A DNA stretch of 64,000 bases. Source: a virus. The translations under genes and the position numbers were made by a program. Below, piece after piece: positions 17,568-25,682 of this stretch (position 1 is the first letter of the stretch; the number at the start of each line of letters is the position of its first letter). The notes under the pieces were generated by a model. That model had not been told where the DNA came from. It ran no database searches and worked only from the letters and a program-made list of their open reading frames with translations. The DNA is taken from the IMG/VR virus record IMGVR_UViG_3300021364_000001, positions 123,194-187,193 of that record. One strand, 5' to 3'.

Positions 17568-18904
17568 GATGGATAATCCCAGTGTGTAATGTACTCAGTC
17601 TTGTGCAAAGGACCCCAGAGACCACCATGATAGATGTAGGGTGCAGTACGCACTTTACAAGTATCGCCAGTACAGAGAAGATCGTCAACAATACGCCAGG
17701 ATTCCAACACTTCCTCAGAATGAACGAAGTGTGACTGGTCTCCATGGATGGCATCATAAAGTAACTTCTCATAACCATCGACAGCATTGTCACCATAACT
17801 ATGTGTTAGAGTTGCTGCTTCCACGTCATCCTTGTAACCAGGTTTCTTCATCTCGATACGAATATCCAGATGAGGATTTGGTTGCAGTCTCATAGTAATA
17901 CGATCATTAGTTAAATGATTGAAGAGTGACAGAGCAGGTGCTTTCAGTTTGATGACGACCTCTACACATTGGTAGGGCATCTTCTTTCCTGTGAGAAAAT
18001 AGAACGGAACACCTTGCCACCGCCAGTTGTCGATGTAGATGTCCCCAGCGGCGAACGTAGGGGTCTGTGTGTTCTTTGGTACACCCTCTTCCTCACTGTA
18101 TCCATGATACTGACCTGCCACATATTTTTCTCCAAGTCTTGCAGCAGACAAGACCTTGACCTTCTCTCTACGGATCTCCTTTGCAGTATTCTTGCAAGGT
18201 GGTTCCATACTGATCAATGCTAGGACTTGGAGTACATGGTTCTGTAACATGTCTCGGATAGCACCAGCACCGTCATAGTATTGAGCACGACCTTCACAAC
18301 CGATAGTCTCGGTAGCATAGATCTGTACTTCCTCTATGTACTCCCTGTTCCAAAGTGGTTCCAGTAGTACATTGCTAAAACGGGTGGCAAGGATATTATT
18401 AACAGTATCTTTACCGAGATAATGATCAATGCGATATACTTGTTTCTCGCGTAGACATCGAGAAACCACAGATGATAAATGATCAGCAGATTTAAGATCG
18501 TACCCAAAGGGTTTCTCAATAACCACACGGGATTTTTCTGGGTCGTCGATGAGTCCTGATGCTTTGAGATTGGTGATTGCATCTTCATACCTCTCTGGTG
18601 GAACAGATAAAAAGTACGTTGTGTTCCCTTCTAGTGGGAGAGCACGCAGACTGTCTACATCACTTAGGTTACATGGGATGTAGTCCAGATGTTCCTTGAA
18701 TGCTTCACAATAACGAGCATTGTCTAGATGATCTATCCAAGACTCCTTCGTGTGTTCTGTACGTGAAGCACCAATGATTCTAAAATTCTCAGGCAGTTCT
18801 TTCTTGTGCCACAGTTTGTAAAGTGCTGGGATCAGTTTGCGTCTACAAAGATCCCCAGTGGCACCAAAGATTACTATGGTATCAGTGAGCAGTTCCGTTT
18901 CCAT
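17564..18904 (-). CDS. zwf: Glucose-6-phosphate dehydrogenase
   Basis: IVIFGATGDLCRRKLIPAL, VIEKPFG, YRIDHYLGK, GAIRDMLQNH, RWQGVPFYFLTGK. Start moved to METELL at 18904. Confidence 0.97.
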   Translation of the reverse strand: METELLTDTIVIFGATGDLCRRKLIPALYKLWHKKELPENFRIIGASRTEHTKESWIDHLDNARYCEAFKEHLDYIPCNLSDVDSLRALPLEGNTTYFLSVPPERYEDAITNLKASGLIDDPEKSRVVIEKPFGYDLKSADHLSSVVSRCLREKQVYRIDHYLGKDTVNNILATRFSNVLLEPLWNREYIEEVQIYATETIGCEGRAQYYDGAGAIRDMLQNHVLQVLALISMEPPCKNTAKEIRREKVKVLSAARLGEKYVAGQYHGYSEEEGVPKNTQTPTFAAGDIYIDNWRWQGVPFYFLTGKKMPYQCVEVVIKLKAPALSLFNHLTNDRITMRLQPNPHLDIRIEMKKPGYKDDVEAATLTHSYGDNAVDGYEKLLYDAIHGDQSHFVHSEEVLESWRIVDDLLCTGDTCKVRTAPYIYHGGLWGPLHKTEYITHWDYPS

Positions 18905-19013
18905 TATAGTCGTCCGATTCGTAGTAGTTATTCTCACCCTTTCGTATCCCGAAATATATCGTGGATAGTACAAAGGGTATTGCTGTCCAAAGTAAGACAT
19001 CGGCAAAGGTCAT
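18882..19013 (-). CDS. ndhP: NdhP-like small subunit of cyanobacterial NDH-1 (43 aa)
   Basis: Manual translation MTFADVLLWTAIPFVLSTIYFGIRKGENNYYESDDYNGNGTAH; transmembrane helix then FG-x-R-x-G...Y-x-S-D-x-Y-x-GNG-x-AH, matching the recalled NdhP C-terminus. ATGA overlap with PTOX stop. Confidence 0.85.
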   Translation of the reverse strand: MTFADVLLWTAIPFVLSTIYFGIRKGENNYYESDDYNGNGTAH

Positions 19014-19510
19014 ATTTTCTCCATGGCAAGTTTTAGTTCGCGTGAGTGTTCTAGTTCATCGTTCAGGATCTCTAAGATCTTTTCGTCATGCCCATTCAAA
19101 GCAAGATACTTTGCATAAGTCTCTGCTGCATGAATCTCTACTTCATAGGACAGATGGTAAGCAAGGCGAGGAGCCAACCAATAATAAACCACGTTGCTCC
19201 AATAGTAGATAAGAACGAGGTGCTTGGCAACAAAGCGATCAACAAAATAAGCATTACCGCCCCGACTTTCCATGTATTCCAGATGTTCTGTTTCATTGAC
19301 TGACTGTGCAAAGTGTTCTTTCATCAGATAAAGGTGCTCGGGACCACGTAATCCCATGCTCTCCCTGAAATGCAATACACTCAAAAATGCAAAATAGGGT
19401 GCCCGAGCAATTTCTTCGAGCACCCAAAAACGTTGATAGTCTCGACCTTTATACAGGAAGTCGAGTATGGCGACGGTCCAATTAAGTACCAGGCAGTTTA
19501 AGTTCTCCAT
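19010..19510 (-). CDS. ptox: Plastoquinol terminal oxidase (alternative oxidase family)
   Basis: RFWVLEEIARAPYFAFLSVLH, NETEHL, EVEIHAAETY, NDELEH carry the di-iron carboxylate ligands. Confidence 0.95.
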   Translation of the reverse strand: MENLNCLVLNWTVAILDFLYKGRDYQRFWVLEEIARAPYFAFLSVLHFRESMGLRGPEHLYLMKEHFAQSVNETEHLEYMESRGGNAYFVDRFVAKHLVLIYYWSNVVYYWLAPRLAYHLSYEVEIHAAETYAKYLALNGHDEKILEILNDELEHSRELKLAMEKI

Positions 19511-19763
19511 CTTGGGGAAAATCTTTGTCTAACATATCTAGGCGATCTACCCATGTTTGACCCCCCTCTTGCCCTTTACATGGGTTAATACAGTCAGCGT
19601 TCCCTAACTTGTTGCAGACCAGACCAGCAAGATCCAGTTCACTTCCTTTGTTGCCAGTGCCAGACCAGATGTGCTGTCCATTGATCCAGACTGCACCACA
19701 GTGGGCACATTCCTTCCTACTTAAAGATAAGTCTGATAACTCTCTTCCTGACTCACTCTCCAT
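19482..19763 (-). CDS. Cys-containing hypothetical protein
   Basis: CAHCGAVWINGQH...LAGLVCN...CINP; overlaps both neighbours. Confidence 0.75.
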   Translation of the reverse strand: MESESGRELSDLSLSRKECAHCGAVWINGQHIWSGTGNKGSELDLAGLVCNKLGNADCINPCKGQEGGQTWVDRLDMLDKDFPQDGELKLPGT

Positions 19764-19980
19764 GGTTGATCTCCTTGATTAGATTTTTGTACTCCGCTGT
19801 CTCTTTAAGAAGTTGATACTTCAACTTTCTTGCCATCAGGTACATCCTAAACCTAATCCAAGCGTAACGTAAGGATAAGTCTAGATACGCGAAAACTCTC
19901 ATGGTCCCCTCCCAACCAGCATAGTAAACCATGCCAACCAGGATGAGGACCATCAGATAGAATGCAAGCATTGGTATCAT
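19753..19980 (-). CDS. Small membrane protein, first gene of the island
   Basis: 75 aa, N-terminal hydrophobic helix, GGAG upstream. Confidence 0.7.
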   Translation of the reverse strand: MIPMLAFYLMVLILVGMVYYAGWEGTMRVFAYLDLSLRYAWIRFRMYLMARKLKYQLLKETAEYKNLIKEINHGE

Positions 19981-19992
19981 GCGGATACTCCA

Positions 19993-20039
19993 AGTATACC
20001 ACTATTTACCAATTTGAGACATTCATAAGACTTATTTAA
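19993..20039 (-). promoter_or_regulatory. Composite promoter region ahead of the metabolic island
   Basis: TTAAATA (20033-20039), GTAAATA (20003-20009) and extended -10 TG-G-TATACT (19993-20001) on the minus strand. Confidence 0.55.
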
Positions 20040-20056
20040 GACATCAGTAGGAATGA

Positions 20057-20533
20057 TTAACACTTCCACTTTCTTAGGGCGAGTGCCTTACGAGTGGGTT
20101 CACCATTGGGTTTCTTCATAGGACCTTTCACACCACCCATACGGGCACAGAAGGATCTCTTACGAGGACCGCCTTCTGGTTGTGGTGCTTTGAGATCAGA
20201 ACCAGGGTTCTCACGCTCGTAGGACTTACGTCCTTTTTCATTCAGACCACCAGTCTTGTTCTTACCTTCTTTACGTTGCCAAGCACTTTCTTTCATGTGC
20301 ATATCCTGAGACTGATCCTTCTTCTGTACTGCCTTCATTTGCAGTTGCAGTTTCTGACGGTTCAGTTGAAGTTGGCGACGTTGAAGTTGCTGTTTCTTAT
20401 TAGCGACAGCATCTTCTTTCAGTGCCGCCTTCTCTTCGCATGTCTTCTCGACACACATCTGACACTTGTTGCAATACTTCTTGCCCTCAGGGCAGTTGTT
20501 TGCTTCGTTTAGGTATTCCTTGAAACTAATCAT
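20057..20533 (-). CDS. Basic protein, putative internal head protein
   Basis: MISFKEYLNEA N-terminus, Cys cluster, Gln-rich coil and C-terminal module AWQRKEGKNKTGGLNEKGRKSY...RKRSFCARM...LRKWKC. Confidence 0.7.
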   Translation of the reverse strand: MISFKEYLNEANNCPEGKKYCNKCQMCVEKTCEEKAALKEDAVANKKQQLQRRQLQLNRQKLQLQMKAVQKKDQSQDMHMKESAWQRKEGKNKTGGLNEKGRKSYERENPGSDLKAPQPEGGPRKRSFCARMGGVKGPMKKPNGEPTRKALALRKWKC

Positions 20534-20658
20534 CTTGGTTTCTTGGGGCAGTTTTCTTCATGCTTTTCGATCCATGCCCTAGGACGCCAGTGCCCTTTGG
20601 GGGAGGTCAGACCGCAGTGCTGACACTTCCAAGTTCCGTTGCTCTGTTGTTCAGCCAT
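20530..20658 (-). CDS. 42-aa C2HC zinc-finger micro-protein
   Basis: Manual translation MAEQQSNGTWKCQHCGLTSPKGHWRPRAWIEKHEENCPKKPR; overlaps both neighbours. Confidence 0.7.
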   Translation of the reverse strand: MAEQQSNGTWKCQHCGLTSPKGHWRPRAWIEKHEENCPKKPR

Positions 20659-21979
20659 AATGGAAAGATCCCTTGTTAGTTTTCTTAGGCAGTTTCTTGC
20701 TTCTCACCTTGGTTCCAGATGTTTCACCGTACCCTTCGGGATGCTTACCTGCTTTGGTTTTACCGATAGAGTCGGACTTAGCCTTACTACCCTTCTCAGT
20801 GTAGTGTAGTTTAGCAGATTTGTCCTTATCTTTGGTAATGACGGATTCTTGTCCATGCTTGCGACCGAGACGACGCATCACTTTGCCGAAACGACGCTTG
20901 GACATCTTATCAGGTTTTGAAGTCTGATAGGATACCTCACGACCAGTTTCGCCACTACCATACTTATACTCACCGACACCTTTCTTATGACCGATGCCAT
21001 GCTTTTTGAGATCCTTCTCTAAGTTCTTGCGACCTTCCTTGTTCTTCTTCTCATCAGAACCACGGTCAGCAGAGATATGACCAGTAACCTGGGTGTTAGA
21101 CTTGTGCATCATACGACCAGTGCGGTTACCCTCTTCGAGGAAACTCTTGAAGGACTTACCTTCCTTTCTCAGACCCAACTTACCTAACAAAGATTTCTTC
21201 TTAGGTTTAGCGGACAGAGAAGAACCTCCCTTCTGGCGCTTGGCATAGTCCATGTAAGACTCACCAGGACGCAGTTTCTTGGGGTCAGACTTGGGTTTAG
21301 ATGCAGCAGCACGATCCTCGCGAGCACGTTGGTTAGCACCAGGACCACCCAACTTCTTATCTTTCTCAGGATCGGGATGCCAGAAGTCACCACGCTCAGC
21401 GATCACTTCTTCTTTTGCCAACTTTGCTTTACGCTTTGCCTTGGTCTTGGCAAGGATTCTTGCACGAGCATCATCTTGTTCCTTCTTAGGAATAGCAGTG
21501 ACAGCACCAACTTTCTGGTCAACGTCACCAGGTGCATAACCTTCATTCTTTTTCTTAGAAGTATCCATAATGGCACCTTTGCCATGCTTCTTACGGATCT
21601 CTGCTTTCACAATGTCAAGAGCAGAGGCACCTTTGCCGTGCTTCTTCTCCATATCTTTTTGGAGTTGAGTCTTGCCAGGTTTGATACCTAACTCTGCATT
21701 GGTTGCTTTTCTAGCAGGAGGGCGATCGTAACGTTTGTTTCCACCAACACCACCACGTTCCATACGACGATCTTTCATGCGATCGTAGTCTTCCTCGTTG
21801 ATAAATTCTTCTTTCTTCATTGGTAAACCTTTGTGTTTGGTAGAAGCAAAATCTTTTACTGCTTTTTTCTTCATGCTGGCAGCAACTTCGGCAACCTCAG
21901 GCGATGACGCCCCCTCACCTTTCTGAGCAGCTCGGACCATCCCGAAAAATCTTTGTTGTTTTTTAGAGACGGCAGGCAT
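20651..21979 (-). CDS. Lys/Arg-rich modular protein, putative internal head protein
   Basis: MPAVSKKQQRFFGMV...KDFASTKHKGLP N-terminal module (DUF3008-like from memory), followed by basic modules separated by x-x-E motifs. Confidence 0.75.
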   Translation of the reverse strand: MPAVSKKQQRFFGMVRAAQKGEGASSPEVAEVAASMKKKAVKDFASTKHKGLPMKKEEFINEEDYDRMKDRRMERGGVGGNKRYDRPPARKATNAELGIKPGKTQLQKDMEKKHGKGASALDIVKAEIRKKHGKGAIMDTSKKKNEGYAPGDVDQKVGAVTAIPKKEQDDARARILAKTKAKRKAKLAKEEVIAERGDFWHPDPEKDKKLGGPGANQRAREDRAAASKPKSDPKKLRPGESYMDYAKRQKGGSSLSAKPKKKSLLGKLGLRKEGKSFKSFLEEGNRTGRMMHKSNTQVTGHISADRGSDEKKNKEGRKNLEKDLKKHGIGHKKGVGEYKYGSGETGREVSYQTSKPDKMSKRRFGKVMRRLGRKHGQESVITKDKDKSAKLHYTEKGSKAKSDSIGKTKAGKHPEGYGETSGTKVRSKKLPKKTNKGSFHYG

Positions 21980-21983
21980 GTTA

Positions 21984-22526
21984 TCAACCCGATACTTGGA
22001 CTTCGTTGATATACATGTTCATGCCATTAGTGCTATCACCCTTTGCCTGAATCTTGATGCTGTTAGCAACAGTAGCGGCACCTGCAAAAGCAGCACTAGC
22101 AGACTGGTCGGAGTCAATGGTGATAGTTGTGCTAGTTACAGCAGTAACCTCAACATGAGTTACGTTGTAAGCAGCAGTATCACCACCTGTGAGAGTAACG
22201 TAATCACCAACCACAAAAGGATGAGCGGGAGTGCCACCGCCACCAACAGTCAGGACACAAGGACTAGCAGCAGTAGCAGCAATGATGTTTGCTCTTTTGG
22301 GTTTGGCAAGTTTGAAGATTTCAGCACCATTGACGGGCATATGGACTACCTGATCCGTCGTTACATCAGGAGCACCACCCCATGCAAAGTGATTGCTATG
22401 TGCATCAGCATTGATAAATCTGTAATATCCAGTTTGCACTGAATATGCAGCAGTTGTTTGGGGATCGTCACTATTATCAGTGAGACTACCCAAATCCTGC
22501 ACGGGTGTGGTTACATTCGATGACAT
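21984..22526 (-). CDS. Hypothetical beta-rich late protein, probably structural
   Basis: 180 aa, Thr/Ala/Val-rich, HPFVVGDYVTLTG module, late promoter upstream. Confidence 0.7.
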   Translation of the reverse strand: MSSNVTTPVQDLGSLTDNSDDPQTTAAYSVQTGYYRFINADAHSNHFAWGGAPDVTTDQVVHMPVNGAEIFKLAKPKRANIIAATAASPCVLTVGGGGTPAHPFVVGDYVTLTGGDTAAYNVTHVEVTAVTSTTITIDSDQSASAAFAGAATVANSIKIQAKGDSTNGMNMYINEVQVSG

Positions 22527-22549
22527 GGTAATTGATTACTCCTACTATG

Positions 22550-22996
22550 TTATTTATCTTGTTGTTGTTTTAGGAACTTAGCGAGATCCGCTGTACTACC
22601 AACAAACATAGTGTTGTTTGTGGTGTTGACTTCCTTGGTAGATCCTTTTGGATTCTCAATGTCGGCAACTTTCTTTTGAAGATCGACCAGTTTGTCAGCA
22701 ACGTCACCGACGTGCTTGATTAACTGACCAGCAACCTCATATGCACGGGGTTGATCAGACTCCTGTGCTAGTTCGAGGATGCCATCAACTGCTTCCTGTC
22801 CTTTCTCGATCAGTGAATATAGATTCCCACGAGTATACTCATAGTCTTTCTTTAACTGCTCCTTTGTAGCAGTCGTATCAACGATCTCAGTTTTAGGTGT
22901 TTCGGATTTGACGATTTCAGTAGATACATCGAGTGCTTCCCCGATGCCATCAAACTTACTCGTCAACTCCTGTTGTGGGGTTTCGGGAGAGTCCAT
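22550..22996 (-). CDS. gp16: Terminase small subunit (start uncertain)
   Basis: DYEYTRGNLYSLIEKGQEAV, PRAYEVAGQLIK, NNTMFVGSTADL; follows gp15. Confidence 0.9.
   Translation of the reverse strand: MDSPETPQQELTSKFDGIGEALDVSTEIVKSETPKTEIVDTTATKEQLKKDYEYTRGNLYSLIEKGQEAVDGILELAQESDQPRAYEVAGQLIKHVGDVADKLVDLQKKVADIENPKGSTKEVNTTNNTMFVGSTADLAKFLKQQQDK
22551..22557 (-). promoter_or_regulatory. Late promoter inside the last codons of gp16
   Basis: ATAAATA spanning GAT AAA TAA. Confidence 0.7.
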
Positions 22997-23999
22997 CTGT
23001 AAATTCACTGTAAAGTTCATTGAAACCGAAGTTGTCATCACTATCAACAAAGGTATGGTCTACCTCGTTGATCTTATGCACAGCAGCACCATTCAAGTGT
23101 GATGCTTCGGTTGTGTTGTTCCATGCACGAGTCACGTACAACTTGTTGCCATCGATCTTCGAGATACGCATGACTTCACTATCAATCTGGATGTTAGTAT
23201 TGGTAGTGAATGCAGATGCGTCTGCTACGTTGATGATGCCATCGTTGTCGTCCATTGCAGCGGACAATGTTGTCGTTGCATCGGAGTTCCTGTCGGTAAG
23301 AGAGGTAGGTGTAACTTGGTAACGTACCTCTCTCGGTGCAGTCTTGACTGCATCGGTGGCATAATCCACGATGACCTTCTTGATCTCTTCGCCACTCTTG
23401 TCCTGAACAGGACCATACAGGAATGTCTTTGCCGTAAACTGCAATGTGTAGATCAGGGTACGACGTGTGTCATAGTCGCCTTCATACTGATCGTCATACT
23501 GAATGTCAGTAAGCGTTACGGGATAGTCTCTCTTCTCACCCAGGTCAGGCACCAGGTTCATAGTGATGTTGAAACTTGGTTGGAAGAATGGTAGAATCTG
23601 CTCAATAATTTGCAGAGCGTCATCTTGGTTCTTACTCAGAATAGCAAGTTCAAAGTTGATGTTGTAAGGGATCGGCATGAATCCCTTCATCAGGGAACCA
23701 TCTGCTTTCGTATTTCTGATATACTGCGTGGGCGATACCTTACGAGTAGGATCATAGGTGATCGCTTGAATCTCAAATGACAATCTAGGTAGAGTAATCT
23801 GCACCTGATCCTTGGTAGACAGATCACCAACTTGACGCAGACGTGCCAAGAACTTGTCCTTAGGACCATATGCCAGAGGCACCTTCATCACTTCCGTCTT
23901 GCTGCCCTGAGAGCGACGGATTTCGATGTTGTTGAATAGTGTGCCGAAGCCCACCACGGTCTTCTTGATAATACCGTGATATGAGTATGTTCCTAACAT
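22956..23999 (-). CDS. gp15: Tail sheath stabiliser / head-tail joining protein with extra C-terminal domain
   Basis: VVGFGTLFNNI, VPLAYGPKDKF, LPRLSFE, EQILPFFQPSFN, RRTLIYTLQF. Confidence 0.95.
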   Translation of the reverse strand: MLGTYSYHGIIKKTVVGFGTLFNNIEIRRSQGSKTEVMKVPLAYGPKDKFLARLRQVGDLSTKDQVQITLPRLSFEIQAITYDPTRKVSPTQYIRNTKADGSLMKGFMPIPYNINFELAILSKNQDDALQIIEQILPFFQPSFNITMNLVPDLGEKRDYPVTLTDIQYDDQYEGDYDTRRTLIYTLQFTAKTFLYGPVQDKSGEEIKKVIVDYATDAVKTAPREVRYQVTPTSLTDRNSDATTTLSAAMDDNDGIINVADASAFTTNTNIQIDSEVMRISKIDGNKLYVTRAWNNTTEASHLNGAAVHKINEVDHTFVDSDDNFGFNELYSEFTDGLSRNPTTGVDE

Positions 24000-24874
24000 T
24001 AGATAGTGCTCCCTTTATTGCCATACTCACCGAACGGATTAGACTGTGTGAAGTCTATAATTTCATCCGCATCGTATTCAATGGCAAAGTTTTGATCGTA
24101 TTCTGAGTTCAAATTATTTATAGTATTATAAGTAAACGTTGACCAGACAGCAGAACTTGTGTCTCCTGTCATAGTCTCGCCAGAGGAGAATCTACCACTA
24201 CGGTTGATGACGATAAGAGTCCTAGTGGTGGCATCCCAGGACTTAACTTCGGCAGTTGTATTCGTGGTTCCACCAGTAACGATTTCACCAACTGTAAATG
24301 TTCCACTACCACCTTCTGCCATGACCACACCCACAGCGTTGGCAAAATTAGTTTCAATAGCATCCACTTCTGCCACGCCAGTATCAAAGTCTTCGTCGCT
24401 GTACTCGAACAGTTCGCAGCGCAGACCCCAGGTGTAGATCTTCCCCAACTGGAAGAAAGGTTGTTCGTGCTCTACATACTGGATCTGGAATGTCTTACCC
24501 ACCATAGGGAAGTGAATCAGATCTCCTTCATTAGGACGACCCTCTACAATGAGAGTAGCATTGTCATCTACTGCTGCTGTGAAGCGTCGCTTGGATAGTA
24601 TGAAGGTAACCTGATCTTGAATTCTGACACCAAACTTTGAGAAAATATCGCCATCACCCCTAAAACCACCAGCATCTTCAAGATAGACTTCCACTTCAAA
24701 GGCACCTGTGTATTTTGACAAGGTGTCTTCTCCGAAGACGCTATCTTCCTTGACGAGCGTTCTTGGAATGTAATAGACGTTCTTGCCGAACATCTTAATT
24801 TGCTCATCGACGAGATCCTGCACGAGATCTTGCTCGCCCGTTGTACCCTGGGTGAAGAAACTGTTAAGTGCCAT
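23999..24874 (-). CDS. gp14: Neck protein
   Basis: EQIKMFGKNVYYIPR, FSKFGVRIQD, RPNEGDLIHFP, VEHEQPFFQLG, LRCELFEYS. Confidence 0.95.
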   Translation of the reverse strand: MALNSFFTQGTTGEQDLVQDLVDEQIKMFGKNVYYIPRTLVKEDSVFGEDTLSKYTGAFEVEVYLEDAGGFRGDGDIFSKFGVRIQDQVTFILSKRRFTAAVDDNATLIVEGRPNEGDLIHFPMVGKTFQIQYVEHEQPFFQLGKIYTWGLRCELFEYSDEDFDTGVAEVDAIETNFANAVGVVMAEGGSGTFTVGEIVTGGTTNTTAEVKSWDATTRTLIVINRSGRFSSGETMTGDTSSAVWSTFTYNTINNLNSEYDQNFAIEYDADEIIDFTQSNPFGEYGNKGSTI

Positions 24875-24875
24875 A

Positions 24876-25676
24876 TCATCCGATCATGTCTAGGGGTGGG
24901 GTTTCCCAAGTGGTACGCAGTTGTTCGTCGAGTATCTTTAATTCTTCGACAGCATCGTTATAGATCATCTCTCCATTGAGAGTGACACCACCTGGCATTT
25001 GTACATTCTGGAACTTGGTCAGGTTCTGACCCCACTGCTTCTTGATCTTGGCAGTGGCGTAATCCTTCAACCACATCTGGTTATAGATCTCTGTCCATGT
25101 GGTAGGATCGAGAGCACGATAGCATTTGATAATGATGTACTGATCTTCCAGAGCATCCTCAGACCAGTCGAAGTCCAGATAAACTTTGTTCTGCACCTGT
25201 TGGTATCTAATCGGTTTCATACCTTCTAGGATGAAATCGATACTTTCCAGGTGTTGTTGAATCATGTAGTAGTGATAGAACTGTGTGGACGTAAAGTCGT
25301 ACAGATCATTCAGTCGCATTTGATAGCGAATGTCAAACATGTTACGAGTACCTTTGTCGGTAAACGTAAAGATACCTTCCACAGAAGTCACATGATCAGG
25401 CACCGACAAGAACGTACTCTGCTCCAACCACTGTGTCGTTCCATCCTTACCTAGACTACTGACGTTAGTCTTACCTGCCTGAATATCAGCAGCAGTGAAG
25501 AGGTGTTTCAAATAAACACGCTCGGCACCTTCGTAGTGATAGGTCTGGAACTTTTGAATAGCATAGTCGATGGCATCATCACATTGGTCATCGGATACAT
25601 TGACCTCCAAGACTGGTTTGCCCAGCCTACGGAGGCAGTATTCTTTTAGTTCTGCCTTAGAAGTTGGAATTGCCAT
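24876..25676 (-). CDS. gp13: Neck protein
   Basis: ELKEYCLRRLGKPVLEVNV, WLKDYATAKIKKQWGQNLTKF, MPGGVTLNG. Confidence 0.96.
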   Translation of the reverse strand: MAIPTSKAELKEYCLRRLGKPVLEVNVSDDQCDDAIDYAIQKFQTYHYEGAERVYLKHLFTAADIQAGKTNVSSLGKDGTTQWLEQSTFLSVPDHVTSVEGIFTFTDKGTRNMFDIRYQMRLNDLYDFTSTQFYHYYMIQQHLESIDFILEGMKPIRYQQVQNKVYLDFDWSEDALEDQYIIIKCYRALDPTTWTEIYNQMWLKDYATAKIKKQWGQNLTKFQNVQMPGGVTLNGEMIYNDAVEELKILDEQLRTTWETPPLDMIG

Positions 25677-25682
25677 TAGTTA

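Noticed and set aside
18905-19006. Track's N-terminal extension of zwf
   Set aside because: It overlaps the ndhP frame; the Zwf fold starts at METELLTDTIVIFGATGD.
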